Assembly (NCBI RefSeq): GCF_028641065.1
Contig: NW_026576938.1
Coordinates: 1-64,000, forward strand
Length of the DNA: 64,000 nt
Direction of reading: 5' to 3'
From: Leucoraja erinacea
Taxonomy: Eukaryota
The notes under the pieces were generated by a model. That model saw nothing but the letters and a program-made list of their open reading frames with translations, was not told the origin of the DNA and ran no database searches. A program made the translations under genes and the position numbers. Each line of letters opens with the position of its first letter. Position 1 is the stretch's first letter. Below are positions 12,303-25,619 of the stretch, piece after piece.

Positions 12303-13514
12303 GCAATTTATTGTCATTCAAACCTAGGTTTGAACGAAATATCATTTCTACAGTTTACACACAATCCAAGACCCACACTAAACACAGTTTACATAAACAT
12401 CCATCACAGTGAGTCTCCAACATCTCCTCACTGTGATGGAAGGCAAAGTCTTTATCTCTTCCCTTTGTTCCCTCTCCCGTGGTCCTGCAGTCCAACTGCA
12501 GTGTCGAGGCGAACTGGGGCTCCGATGTTAAAGCCCCAGGCGGGCGATGGTAAGCCCTGAGGCCGTTTAAGCCACGCCGGCGATGTTAGGCCCCGGCTCA
12601 ATGTCCTTAAACCCGCGATTCCAGCGGGAGAAGTCGCCGTTGCGGAGCTCGGAAAAGCGGTCTCCCACCAGGGACCTGCGAGCTCCCGATGTTCCTGTTC
12701 ACCGGGTCTGCGGCCGGTGCCTCTGAACTGCAAAGTCGGGTCGTAGCCGCGCGGCACCACAGCTCTCCCCGCTCCGAAGTTGGCCAGCTCCGCGATGTCC
12801 GTTCCGCAGGCTCTGCAACTGGAGCCCTCAGGTTAGTCCAGGCCGGAGGTCGCCGCCGGCTCCACGATGTTAGGCCCAACGACATCCGAGACCCGACAGG
12901 GAATAGTCGGGTCCCCGCACAGGGAAGATATTTCAAAGCGGTTTCACCCCACATCACCCCCCCCCCCCCCCCCCCCCCCACACACCACACACACACATAT
13001 ACACAGCTAAAAAAATAATAAAAACGGACTCAAAGACATACATTTAACAAGACAAAAATAAAAAAAAGACATACGACTGTAGTCTCGACTCGAAACCTGA
13101 TCTATACATTCGCTTCATGGATGCTGCCGCACCCGCTGATTTTCACCAGCAATTTTGTCTACTGCTGCATGAGAGACAGGTGCACTGTTGTGGAATACAA
13201 TAAGGGCGGAGGGAGGTCTCCGTCCATCCTGATCCCGGGCTGTGAACGGAGACGCGGGCGGCGGGTTCCACTGCCCTACAGGTGCAACGTCTCCTCAGGT
13301 TACACCCGAGGCTTCCTTAGCGCCGGGCCCCGTCCCTTTCTGTCCTGCCTTAGTCTTTCTCGTCCATATTCAGGCCAGTTTAATGTCCAATCTACCCCTC
13401 CTTCGTGTGAGATGAGCTGGAAGCGGCCAGGACATCTTCACACTGAACACTTGCAGCCAAATAGCATTCATTGCCCGGGACGGCAGCGGGCGCAGCGACA
13501 CGGTACTGTGGGTG

Positions 13515-13830
13515 TTGGGTTTAATTTAGTTGAGAGATACAGCGCGCAAACAGGCCCTTCGGCCCACCAGGTCTTCGCCGACCAGTGATCCACGGACATT
13601 AACAGTATCCTACACCAACTAGGGACATTTCTTACATTTACCAAGCCAATTGTTTACATTTCCCAAGCCTTTGAGTGTGTGAGGAAACCGAAAATATCGG
13701 AGAAACCCCACGCAGATCACGGGGCGAACGTACAAACTCCGTACAGACAGCGCCCGTAGTCAGGATCGAACCTGGTCTATGGGGCTGCATTCGCTGTAAG
13801 GCAGCAACTCTACCGCTGCACCACCGTGAC
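13515..13830 (-). mobile_element. HE1-type SINE inserted just upstream of the TRIM-B start codon
   Basis: Reverse-complement A/B boxes at ~13760-13830 and a CR1-like tail. The flanks join cleanly in the TRIM-C upstream region (40700-40830). Confidence 0.85.
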
Positions 13831-13902
13831 GGTCACGTGACCTCGACGTCATTCAGCAGCTCCACGTCTGAGAAAAACATTGAACCAGGAAGTGGAGATA
13901 AA

Positions 13903-16900
13903 ATGGCTTCGAAAGACAGGTTCGAGAGCTTAACCGATGAGATAATTTGTCCCATCTGCCTGGATTTCTTCACCGATCCGGTGATACTGGAGTGTGGGCA
14001 CAACTTCTGCCGCTCCTGTATCACACAGAGTTGGGACAGGGAGGCGAGAAACTCCTGCCCGGAGTGTAGAGAGGAATCTACAGACCGCACCCTCAGGGTG
14101 AATCGGGCCTTGGCAAGACTGGCTGAGAAAGCTCGAACACTGAGCCTGAATCTCAAAGAGAAGGAAAGTAAACTTCACTGCGAGAAACATCAGGAAGAAC
14201 TGAAGCTGTTATGTGAAACTGACAAGAAGCTGATCTGTGTGATTTGTGCAGCTGGGCGGGAACACAAGTCTCACAGCTTCATGCCGGTAGATGAAGCAAT
14301 TGAATTCTACAAGGTAAAAGCAACTGAACTTCGATCACATCATTGTGTAATATTTTCTTTATTGTCTGACATGTTTATTCTCTGATCTGAACCCCAACCC
14401 CCAGGAACAGGTGAAATCTTCTTTCGAATCTCTCACAGAAAATAAATCAGAGATCGAGAAAATGGAGCAGGATCAGAAAGAGAGCATTTCTGGAGTTCAG
14501 GTGAGGCTTTGTACTATCTGTAGATTGGTTTGTGCATGAAAGCCAATCATAGTAGAATAGCATCACTGACCTCACCTTACTGCGTGATTCATACTAACAT
14601 CGACTTCTTACAGTAGTCAGTCTTGGAAGCGGTAACGATGAACTAGCAAATAACGACCTGCTGTACCGTTATTACATGGGTACTGATTAAAGATGATCTT
14701 GAACTTCAGATTGGGGATCTTGCATATTTACGTGGTGTCAGACAACTTGGAGTTACGCACTGCGTCCATCTACCGGGTTTTATTTCTGTTTGTCAGTTTT
14801 TTCTTCCTTGCTTCACTATGGCTCAATCATGCAGAAAGCCTGCGCAGATTATCTTCGATTCCAATATCGGCGAGCGATGGCGGATAATATTTGAGATTGA
14901 TTATGGACACTACATCAATATCGTCCACTGAAATGAACCAGACGCTGTCAAGACTTCCCTCCCACTTAACCTTGTGGGACCCGAGGCCATGATGAGAGCT
15001 CGGACTTTCGAATACGCTCTAGCAGTTCAAGACGACACCGATTAGGTAGTTGTGCCTGCCGAGTCTATGAATGACCCTAATGTTTTACTGCGTAAATTCC
15101 GTGAGATATGTGACCTACCGTCGAACCGCATCACGAGACACCAGCTTCCTGATGAATTTTATTTGTGATTTGCGATACATGGCTCAGAGGTGCCGTTTCG
15201 AGACCATGATTAACGAGCTGATAAGGGATAAACTGGTCTCTGGGATGAATGATCAGAAGCTATGGTCAGAGTTACTGCGGAATCCTGATTTAATCCTTGA
15301 GCAGGCTGCTCATGCCTGTCGTTTGATTCCGAAAAGAAGTCTATAAATATGACAGGTTTTAACAGACCGCAAACATCGGCCGATAACAGAAGATTTATGA
15401 CTGAGGCCCCCCAACCGGCGAATCGGGGATTCACCAATGAGCCCCCTCGGAAGTGTCCTAACTGTAACTACCTCCACAACAACGGGCGAGCTACCTGTCC
15501 CGCTTACGGAAAGTCCTGCAACTACTGTAAGAAAATGAACCATTTCGCCGTCGTTTGCACAGCCCGTGGGAAAAGACCCTATAGCGCAGTTTCTAATCTG
15601 CACCAGTTACAACAAGGCCAAACATCCTCTGTTTCTCAAGACCAGCTCGACTCTGCCCCCGAGGACAGTCCAATTCACTCCTTCACACAACTGGTAAGAT
15701 TCTCGATCCTACAGTTCTGATGGCAATTAATAATAAAGTTGTCAAGGCCAAGCTAGATACTGGTGCAAAAGTTAATGTAATGTCGGTGCACCTCTGCAAC
15801 AAGATAAGAAATAATGAGGCCTTGACTAAAAACAAGTCCACTCTACATGCTTACAGGGGAGAAGTTTTGTTTTCTCTGGGAAGAACCACTTTTAAATGTA
15901 TGCTGGAAAAACAAGGAATCTGACCTTCTATGTTTTGAATTCTGACTCTGTGACTCCACTGGGCATCCACGCATGCCAAGACTTAGGGCTGGTTTCATTT
16001 GACCAGTCAGTTCACAAGCTACTGATATCTGTCGACCCAGTAAAAGAATACCCCGATTTGTTCTATGGCAAACTAGGCAAGCTGCCCGTGACCTACAAGA
16101 TATCCATTGACCCTAATGTTGACCCAGTTGTCCATGCAGCTCACTGTCTGCCACATGTTATGAGAGACAGGATTGAGTCTGAACTAAAGAACATGGTCTC
16201 CTTAGGCATACTAGAGATCAGTGAACCGACGTGCTCGGCCTGCAGCGACAACTGACTCGAAAGGACTGCCTGGTCCTGGTTCCAACAACACCAACAAGCA
16301 TTTGACGCTTTAAAATCGAAGCTGACCAGTGACATTTTTCGACCTGAAGCGCCCCGTGAGTTACCTGCGATGCCCCACGATTCGGACTTGGCGCAGGCTG
16401 CCTACAATCATCTGCCAATGGAACTTTACGCCCTGTCTCCTATGCAGCCCGTACCATGACCGACACCGAACAGCGCTACGCGCAAATCGATGAGTTGCTG
16501 TGTGTGGTCTGCGCTGGTTCCAAATTCAAGGACTTTATCGTTGGAAATGTTTTCACAGTCGAGACAGACAACCAACCCCTGGTGACCATTCTCAACAAAC
16601 CTATACACGCGGCACCTGCACGTCAACAGCGTATGATGATGCTCCACACCAACAGAGGCAACCCCTTATTGCAACAGCCTCCACTAGCACTGCCCTGGAC
16701 GTCGCTGGCGGCAGACATTTTCGAGTGGCAAGGTAAACACTATCTAGTCCTGGCTCGAACTCGACTTTACTGCCCTCTATCACATCAGAGATGGTCATTC
16801 AAAAGCTACAGAAACACTTCTCCACATTTGGCGCACCTGTTCGCTTGCAGACCGACAACGGAAGACAGTTTACCAGTTAAGTCTTCAAACACCTTGCTAA

Positions 16901-19900
16901 CCAATGTAATTTCCACCACGTCACGAGCAACCCTGAATACCCACAAAGTAACGGGCTCGCGGAACGAGCCCAGAAGCGCTAAACGGCTAATGGAACGCGC
17001 CCACCTAGCCAAGTCAAATGTGTATCTCGACCTCTTAAAACTCAGGAACATTGCTAGAGACGGGATCATGGGCTCGCCGGCCCAGCGACTGATGTCCAGG
17101 ACGATGAGATCTCCGATCCCGATTGCCCAGCAGAAGCTGGTGCCACAGGTGCCACCGGCAACGATCCAGAAGCGCATCCACTAGAAACACGACATCCAGA
17201 AAGGATCCCATTACAATTCCTGCAAACCACTTAAACCACTGTTGCCGGGCCAAGTCGGCCGTTTGCAAACTTCTGTGGGACATTCCCGTTTGGGTTGCGT
17301 TGTTGGGCTACCTTGTTGACATCGATGGCGCCTTGTACTGTCGGAGTCGCCAACACTTGCTGGCTGTGCATGAGCCACGTCCACCACCAGCTGATCCTTT
17401 TTCTCCACCTCCACAGTTCCAGCCGTCTGCTGCCGTGGCCACCACCAGTCCCGGCATGTCCCGTACCCCACCACGACCGGCGGCCATGGCTAACCAAAAT
17501 ACTACCTCTCCCGCATGCTCCCCCTGTCGGTCACCACGTGTGGCCCCTGCTCTTTTCTCACCTCCGGGTTCAGCAACTCCTTTTAATCTTTCTGGTGAAG
17601 GGGTAGAGGGCTTGGTCCGTACGTGGTCGGGCCGTATTAGGAAACCGCCAGACAGATACAGCGTGATTCATACTAACACCCACTTCTTACAGTAGTCAGT
17701 CTTGGAAGCGGTAACGATGAACTAACTAGTAACGACCTGCTGTACCTTTATTATATGGGTACTGATTAAAGATGATCTTGAACTTCAGATTGTGGATCTC
17801 GCATATTTACACTATCGATTTAATTATTTTGTGTAGATTTGATCCCTGTGAAGTGTGCAATAAGTGGGCACCTCTATAGAGCTCAATAGCCGAGGACCCG
17901 AGATCTTGGGAGCGGTTGGGCAGCCAAGGACTTTCCTCCCTGGAGCGCAGGAGTCTGAAGAATGATCTATTGCTGGTGTATAATATCATGAAATGTTAAG
18001 GAATACTCAGTCTTTTATCCTGAGTTGGGCGTCGTGCATGCGAGGGCATAGGTTTAAGGCGAGAGGGAACAGATTTCATAGCAAAAGGATTTGAGTATAG
18101 GAGCAGGGAGGTTCTACTGCAGTTGTACAGGGTCTTGGTGAGACCACACCTGGAGTATTGCGTACAGTTTTGGTATCCTAATCTGAGGAAAGACATTCTT
18201 GCCACAGAGGGAGTACAGAGAAGGTTCACCAGACTGATTCCTGGGATGTCAGGACTTTCATATGAAGAAAGACTGGATAGACTCGGTTTGTACTCGCTAG
18301 AATTTAGAAGATTGAGGGGGGATCTTTATAGAAGCTTACAACATTCTTAAGGGGCTGGACAGGCTAGATGCAGGAAGATTGTTCCCGATGTTGGGGAAGT
18401 CCAGAACAAGGGGTCATAGTTTAAGGATAAGGGGGAAATGTTTTAGGACCGAGATGAGGAAAACCTTTTTTCACACAGAGAGTGGTGAATCTCTGGAATT
18501 CTCTGCCGCAGAAGGTAGTTGAGGCCAGTTCATTGGCTATATTTAATAGGGAGTTAGATGTGGCCCTTGTGGCTAAAGGGATCAGGGGGTATGGAGAGAA
18601 GGCAGGTACAGGATACTGAGTTGGATGATCAGCCATGATCATATTGAATGGCGGTGCAGGCTCGAAGGGCCGAATGGCCTACTCCTGCACCTAATTTCTA
18701 TGTTTCTATGTTTCTAATACGAACATTAAGGGCAACTTTGATAGTGGGTATATGGAATGAGCTGCCAGGGGAGGTAGTTGATTCAGGTACCATAACAATA
18801 TTTAAAATATATTTGAACACATTCGTGGGGAGAACATCTTAGAACTATCTGGCCCAAATGCGAACAGGTGGAAACAGCGCAGATGGGACGTGTTGGTCGG
18901 TATCTAACCCCCTTTGCTCTATGACTCTATGAAGTCTGTCATTCTAAGTGCTGCTGCTGTCTGCTAGTTCTGGTGACCTGGTTCAGTCCAGTGAGTGTTA
19001 ATAGACTCGTGAAATGGAATAGGTTGCAGGGAATTGTACTGGGGAAATGGGAATGATGTGCTTGTACATTACTTTCACCAAATATTTCAGAATTATCAAG
19101 ACGAGCTCTAAAATTGCCAAGTTAATGAAAGCTATGGATTAAATACATGTAAATGGGATTAGTGTAGATACGTACAGAGCCCAGCATGGACATGTTGGGC
19201 CGAAGGGCCTATTTCTGCACTTCAGGACTAGAGATTCAATTGCCAAATGTCACCTTCCATGTCATGAAGAAACACAGCAGAGTGTCATAATATATTGATT
19301 CTCATCTCTCATCTGACAGGAAGAGTCATACAACCTTCAGTCACAGACCACATCCCAGTTTGCTGAACTGCACCAGATTCTCACTGAGAAAGAGCAGCGC
19401 GCACTCGGAGGTATCCGGGAAGATGAGGCGAAGATTGTAAAAACAATGGAGAAAAATCTTCAAGAGATACAAAAGAATTTAAATTCCATTCAGGAGGAAC
19501 TCTCAAAGTTACAGGAACAGATAGACCACAAGGATGGCGTGATATTTCTAAAGGTGAGGGGTTACACTACAGTTTGGTGAAGTGAAAGTGCACACTCACA
19601 AAATAGTGGATTACATTTCTGAAATAAATGCTGCATTTACCAGTAATTCAGTACTGGGTCAATGTTCCATCTGTTACATCTACTCACTAGATCCGACAAT
19701 AATGCCCCAAATTCAAGGAATACTCGTGTATTTATCCCACTTCAAATTTATCTGCAATATTGTCTTCAGGCCACCCTACGAGTTCCACTGCATTTCTTGT
19801 GGAGTTTATTAAAGGCCGTCATGCATTCCAGGCATTCTTTTCCCCACAAGTAGTGATAAAAGTTCCAACCCCCACTTATTTAAATCCACCGCTGATCTTA

Positions 19901-22306
19901 AAATATTCCATCCCATTATCTCTGACATTCCTATGCTTTCCCCCGTGTTCGATGCCTCAATGACAGTATCCACTTTCTGTCTGTGTGACATCGGCAAAGA
20001 GTTGGGAAATGGGGAATTACCAGAGGGTTTTTTGTAGCAATTTGGTGAAATACCCGCCGTCGGGATCATGATCCATCTCAGTCTATTCAGATTTGTGTTT
20101 TATTTATTGCAGGAGGAAGCTGGTCACAAGAGGAGGTAGGACATGCTTTTGACTGAAACAATATATGTTTGTATAGTACAGCTAAAAAAAAACAGCTAAT
20201 GCTCAGTTTCTAACCAGCTGTTAAATATTTGCAGGCTTGGTGCTGAAACCAACCCAATGTTGGTGGTAGATGGTGCGATGCCGATTGAAAAGTTTGAACT
20301 CACATTTTTCCACAACATGGCATTGAGAGACACATCTGATATCATCAAACGAGGTAAAACGGATACCTATTAACAACTCAGCTTTAAAAGACCAGCAATG
20401 TCAGCTGATCTAAATCGGTGAGACTAAGCGGAGGTTGGGCGATCCCATCGCCGAACACCTCCGCTCGGTCCGCAAGAACCTTCCTGACCTCCCGGTGGCT
20501 CAGCACTTCAACTCCCCCTCCCATTTTCAATCCGACCTCTCTGTCCTGGGTCTCCTCCATTGCCAGAATGAGCAACACCGGAAATTGGAGGAACAGCACC
20601 TCATATTCCGCTTGGGGAGTCTGCATCCTGCGGGCAAGAACATCGAATTCTCCCAATTTTGTTAACCCTTGCTGTCTCCTCCCCTTCCTCAGCCCTCGGG
20701 CTGTCTCCTCCCATCCCCCAGCCCTTGGGCTCCTCTCCTGTTTCCTTCCTTTTCCCCGCCACCCCCTATCAGTCTGAAGAAGGGTTTCGGCCCGAAACGT
20801 TACCTATTTCCATCGCTCCATAGATGCTGCTGCACCCGCTGAGTTTCTCCAGCATTTTTGTGAACCTCCTATTAACAACTCTTTGTGTGAAGAAAACTAC
20901 GTCCTCCAGTATTTATATCCTTGCATGACAATAAGGGTTCGATGATCTAGCCTATACCTTGTTGCGAACATTGGCAGACTTCCTCGCTACCCACATTTCC
21001 CATTCTCCACAAACGTACTTTTCACACCTCCTACATTCACATCCAAGCCAGGAAAATATAACATAAACAACAAAGGTTGCAGCACCGATATCTGCTGCAC
21101 ACCACCAGTCACAAACCTCCAAATAGAAAATCCTTCTACCGCTACCTTCCATCTCCAACCACCAAGTCAATTTTGGATCCATTTTACCAACTCGTCTTGG
21201 ATCCCACCTGCCTTTGCTTTCTGGACCAGCCTTACATGCAAAACATTGTCAAGTCTCTCAGTGAAGTTCATATATTGGTTCATAATGAGATCAGAATGTT
21301 ATTCGTTGTAAAGACGCACAAATCTATCCTCGTCTAAAGAAAGCAAGTAAACAGTAGTAAATTGCCTCGCCCAGTCCACTCCCGTTCAGTCTCATCACGG
21401 CAACTCCACCCCACATCCCTACATCCTTTTAACCACCTCTAATTACCACTCACATCCATCTCCTCATCTTCCAATCTGTCTCTCCCTCGCCATCTACTGG
21501 CAAGATATTTGAATACCCGCCATTTCTCCATCCTCACCCGCAATCTCTCGTTCATCCTCACTTTACGCAATCGTTTTCCACGTCTGCTCGCACCACCAAC
21601 TCCCGTTCCCGAGAACCCGCGGAATTCCCCCTCCTGCCCGGTTGAGTAACTCCAGGAAAGATGTATGTTGTCCACCCGATGTTGTTGGGGTGAAGGTGTC
21701 ATTTGTCCTCCCGCGCTGTCCCAGTCTCCTCCCGACCCCCGGGGACTGTCTGTTTCTCTGCTTCTCCCCCCAGTCTCCGTCATCCTGGATGTGGAAACAG
21801 CGCATCCAGAGCTCGAGGTGTCTGAGGATCGGAAGATGGTGAGACGGACCGAGACCCGGAGGAGTCTCCCCGACACCGGGAAGAGGTTTACATACTGGGA
21901 GTGTGTGCTGGGATCGGAGGGATTCACATCGGGGAGACATTACTGGGAGGTGGAGGTGGCGGGGAGTGAGTGGTGGAGTCTGGGACTCGCCGCACAGTCT
22001 GTGAATAGGAAAGGAGAGGACAACCTGACCCCGGAGACTGGAGTCTGGTGCATCAGGCGGCGGGATGACGAGTTTGATGCTTTCACCTCCCCTCCATCCC
22101 CTCTCCCCGCCCGTCCCATCCCCGAGAGGGTGGGAGTTTATCTCAGTTACAAGTCCGGGACGGTTTCATTTTACGACGCGGACACCAAGTCCCATCTCTA
22201 CACCTTCACTGGGAATAAATTCACGGAGAATCTTTATCCTTTGATCGGTATTGCGGATGAAAACCAGTGGCTGAGAATCTGCTCCGGTTCCCCTCCGGGT
22301 GTGTAA
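13903..22306 (+). CDS. TRIM-B, complete RING-B-box-coiled-coil-PRY/SPRY E3 ligase (TRIM39/TRIM27-like), 471 aa: join(13903-14313,14405-14500,19320-19553,20113-20135,20235-20353,21774-22306)
   Basis: C3HC4 RING ([17 protein letters not shown]) and B-box (CEKH..C..D..CVIC..H..H). Exons of 411/96/234/23/119/533 nt, all GT-AG, phases consistent, no internal stops; total 1416 nt. AATAAA at 22449 and 22486. Confidence 0.93.
14519..17811 (+). mobile_element. Internally deleted Ty3/Gypsy LTR retrotransposon in TRIM-B intron 2
   Basis: 5' LTR 14519-14732 (TG start); PBS TGGTGTCAGA (tRNA-Leu complementary); gag zinc knuckles ([14 protein letters not shown]); protease LDTGA; RNase H ([15 protein letters not shown]); integrase ([17 protein letters not shown]); partial 3' LTR 17661-17811 (CA end); CTATC target-site duplication. 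Confidence 0.92.
18076..18716 (+). mobile_element. CR1 3' fragment in TRIM-B intron 2
   Basis: [13 protein letters not shown] motif, CR1 3' UTR and TTTCTATG tail. Confidence 0.85.
20380..20867 (+). mobile_element. Penelope-like element fragment (GIY-YIG end plus terminal repeat) in TRIM-B intron 5
   Basis: [25 protein letters not shown]...[13 protein letters not shown]; flanked by a 14-bp duplication CCTATTAACAACTC (20366-20379, 20868-20881). Confidence 0.82.
20771..20805 (+). ncRNA. Minimal hammerhead-ribozyme-like motif in a Penelope terminal repeat (others: 447-475 -, 9150-9180 +, 10891-10920 -, 42471-42500 +, 43112-43140 +, 47986-48015 +)
   Basis: CTGAAGA-A-GGG(loop)CCC-GAAACGTH. Penelope-like elements are known to carry such minimal hammerheads. 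Confidence 0.55.
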
Positions 22307-22643
22307 AAGGGTCGGGTCCCGGGACTGGTGTCAGGAGCGGGGCTCAGGGGCTGTGGGGCAGAAACCCGGTGGACAACAGGTTGGGGCTGAACAGCTCCAA
22401 TTTAATCCCCATGTTTCGCGTCGTGAAACAAACCCCAGTGAGCGCGGAAATAAAACCAGGGGGAATGTAAATGTGGGAAGAGTGAAATAAACAGAAACTG
22501 AAATCAGAGCTGTCTGTCTGTCGATCCGTTCATTTTAATGCGTTAACCGCGTCCGGCAACGGAACAGAAACTACTTTTGTGAAAATATAAATTGAAACAA
22601 TCGCCCTTCCCCCGGGTTCAGCAGCAGCCGCGGGCGGTGGGTC

Positions 22644-22871
22644 CACTTGAATTTGGTGGCATTGCACCCTGCTTGAAGTGGTAGGAAACTGCACTCGAAT
22701 TTTGTGGCCTTGCACAATGCTTGAAGTGGTATGAAACTGCACTTGAATTTGGTGGCGTTGCACCCTGCTGGAAGTGGTATGAAACTGCACTTGAATTTGG
22801 AGGCGTTGCACCCTGCTGGAAGTGGTAAGAAAATGCACTTGAATTTGGTGGCCTTGCACCCTGCTTGAAAT
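22644..22871. repeat. 48-bp minisatellite, ~4.7 copies
   Basis: Unit CACTTGAATTTGGTGGCnTTGCACCCTGCTTGAAGTGGTAnGAAACTG starting at 22644, 22692, 22740, 22788 and 22836. Confidence 0.92.
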
Positions 22872-23145
22872 GGAATTTCAACGAATAGCCGTGAGTCAAC
22901 TGCCAGCCCACCAGCCGTGAGTGAGTGAGCTGCCAGCATAACAGGCTTGAGTGACTGAGCCGCAGCCCAATAATCCATTCGTCCCACAATGTTCATACTA
23001 GCCCTCTGGAAACCAGTCCCTTCAGCCCACAACACCCATACTTGTGCTCCAGAACGCCCCCCCCCCCCCACCCCTCCACTGGCCACCAATATTGGAATTG
23101 GGGAGAGGTGGTCTAGTGTGTATATAAACATACACATAATATATA

Positions 23146-23780
23146 CTAGACTAAGTGGGACCCTTTGGGAGGGCTGGTCACCAGCGTAATATTCCACCTC
23201 GCCACCAATTCCAATATTGCTCACCAGTGGGGGGGGGGCTTTCTGTTGCGCTAGTATGGGTGTTACGGGCCAAAGGTACTGGTTTCCAGAGGGCTAGTAT
23301 AGACATTGTGGGCCGAATTCTCTCTGCTGCACTCGCTGAGTTTCTCCAGCATTTTTGTGTACCTTCAATCTTCCAGCATCTGCAGTTCCATCTTGAAGGC
23401 AAACAATTGGGCAGCAGCCACCTTGCAGCAGCATCGAGGAGACTCACCATGGAGCAAACGTGCAGTGTTATTCGCAGCTCAGAGGGCCGTGACCCTCTCG
23501 CTTCCTGGGTCTGGCAGAGACTGAGTGAGGGACAACACTTCCAGGTTTTATAATCCCGCCCCCCTGCCTCCAGCGGGGGCAGCAGAGAGAATGGGGAATT
23601 TTTTTAAACATTAATATCTCTCTGATTTTTCATCGATGGGAAAAATCCTCCAGTCCCGGAAGGCGGAGGGGGGCTCTGAGCGAGGTAGCCAAGAATGACG
23701 GCCATAGATGGCGGCGTTCTCTCGGAAATCACACCACAGCGAGCCAAAAGCGGTCAAGATCAGACTTTTAGTAATATAGA
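23146..23780 (-). mobile_element. Non-autonomous Helitron-like element
   Basis: On -, it starts A|TCTATATTACTAAAAG and ends ...CACTTAGTCTAG|T (TC...CTAG between A and T, no TSD). The subterminal hairpin is weak. Confidence 0.62.
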
Positions 23781-25619
23781 TACACACACATATTGATACT
23801 ATTACTAAAAGTCTCATCTTGACCACTTCCTGTCTACGTTGTAAATGCATTATAGAAAAAAAACTACCCTGTATAGCTATGATTTCCCCCCCATCTTATT
23901 CGCCTTGCTCCTCTTCTCCAACTGCCCCAAGGTTTTATCCGATCAGTGAAATAATAAAAAGGTTATGAATGTTTTTAAAAAATCGTGAAATTAGCTGATT
24001 GGTCCTCTCGCCTGTCAGTCACCATGATGAAGGTAATGCCCATTCTGGGGGGCCAGGAGAATAAAGCCCTGGAGGCCGGACGTGAGTCAGTCACCCCGGA
24101 AGACCGTGAGAGTTGAGTCCAGAACTGTGAGTCTATGCGGTGAGTGGAGTGAACAGAACTGTGAGTCTGCACTCTACTTGAAATAAAATTAATTGGTGGC
24201 CTGCACTCTGCTTGAAATGACATGAATTGGTGGGCTGCACTCTGCTTGAAAGGAAATGAATTGGTGGCCGTGAGTCAACTGCCAGCCCACCTTTGGCCTA
24301 CATGAAACCACTCATTAGCCCAGAAACCAGTCCATTTTTCCCAAAATGCCCGTATTAGTCAAGGAGGATCATCTTGGCCAGGAAAAGTCCAGGCCAGGCA
24401 AAGACCAGAAAAAGTGCCTTTCACTGAGATTTCACTCAGATTTTTTGTGATTTCCTCTAATTATTTGTTGAGCTACCCTTTTCTTTCAACCTCTCTCTCT
24501 CTCTCTTTCTCTCTATGAAATCCTAATATTGTGAATTAAGTATCCATGAGCACATGCCAAGATATTTTTTCATTCTATATTAGTGTAATAAAATGTAGTG
24601 TATACATACCTACACTGATACAGAAGTGCTAGCTTTAGACGTAAATAATGTACATTGCTACCATAGTTTAGTTTTGAATTTAACATATATCATGATCTTG
24701 ATTTTTTTTTAGGTCACATTAAATCATTTAAATGTTGTTTAAATTATACTTGAGGAACTTTTAAAATTTAAAATTGCATTTTTCCATTAATTGTTTGATT
24801 CACAAAATAAAATATGTCTACATTATATGTTCTCAATCTTAAATGAGAAGTCGAATTAAGAACTTATTCAGTGTTCATTTTCACAATTGGCCATTTTGTT
24901 ACTTAATGTGTGCAATGTCTAAACAAATTACCTGCCACTTAATTGCTTTTTAATACGTGAATAAAAGTTAATGAATGAATGCAAGCACCCAAGGACAGAT
25001 CGGGGAAACTTCCCACTTTTTCCCTCCCAGAGTGCATGCATTTTTCACTGCAATCCCATTCAAAAAAGTTTGCACAATGAATTAAATTAGTTGCATGGTC
25101 CAAACGTGGGAGAAATTACTTCCTCAGGAATAACGCGGTAAGTACACGGAGCTGGGAAAGCTGTTGCTATGCAAGCTGACTCGACTCACTTAATCTCGGC
25201 TGCAGATTAATGGGGCTCCCCATTAATTTGCCTTAATATAATAACATTAGTATGCAGCGCTGCCTTGACTAACTGCGTACTCTGTACACGCAGGCAAAGA
25301 TACTAATCATGAAGCCGGTTCCCAAGATGGCGCTAAAATCTGCCCATGACCTACTACGATCTTTTTCGCGAAGTGGACCATTGAGCAAATGTAAGCGGGT
25401 TGTTGCTGTACACATTCAATCTTGGAGGGAATATTCCATTTCCAAAGTGCAAACAGGATAGACGATGCAGCCAATGGCTTCTGCGGGCTTGGAATGGATT
25501 TTGGTCACACTCGTTTTCCCTGATACGGGGAAAGAGACGGCGAAAAGCAAAGGGAAGATTCGGTGCTCGAGCAGCGGAAAGTGGGAGCTGGTTGGAAACT
25601 GGCAATGAGTGGTCCATTG

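Noticed and set aside
13675-13902. N-terminal extension of the TRIM-B exon-1 ORF
   Set aside because: It starts at GTG within an antisense SINE. The ATG at 13903 matches the TRIM-C start.
22494-22503. ISRE-like GAAACTGAAA
   Set aside because: It lies at the TRIM-B 3' end and is not conserved in TRIM-A, so it is likely chance.
22644-22871. 48-bp periodic array as CRISPR or a coding repeat (ORF 22571-23224)
   Set aside because: Units are contiguous with no unique spacers, the context is eukaryotic, and the open frame follows from 48 being divisible by 3.
24480-25385. AT-rich stretch with a possible DNA-transposon end near 25380 (also ~55710-56050)
   Set aside because: I could not find a matching terminal inverted repeat or TSD, so it is left uncalled.
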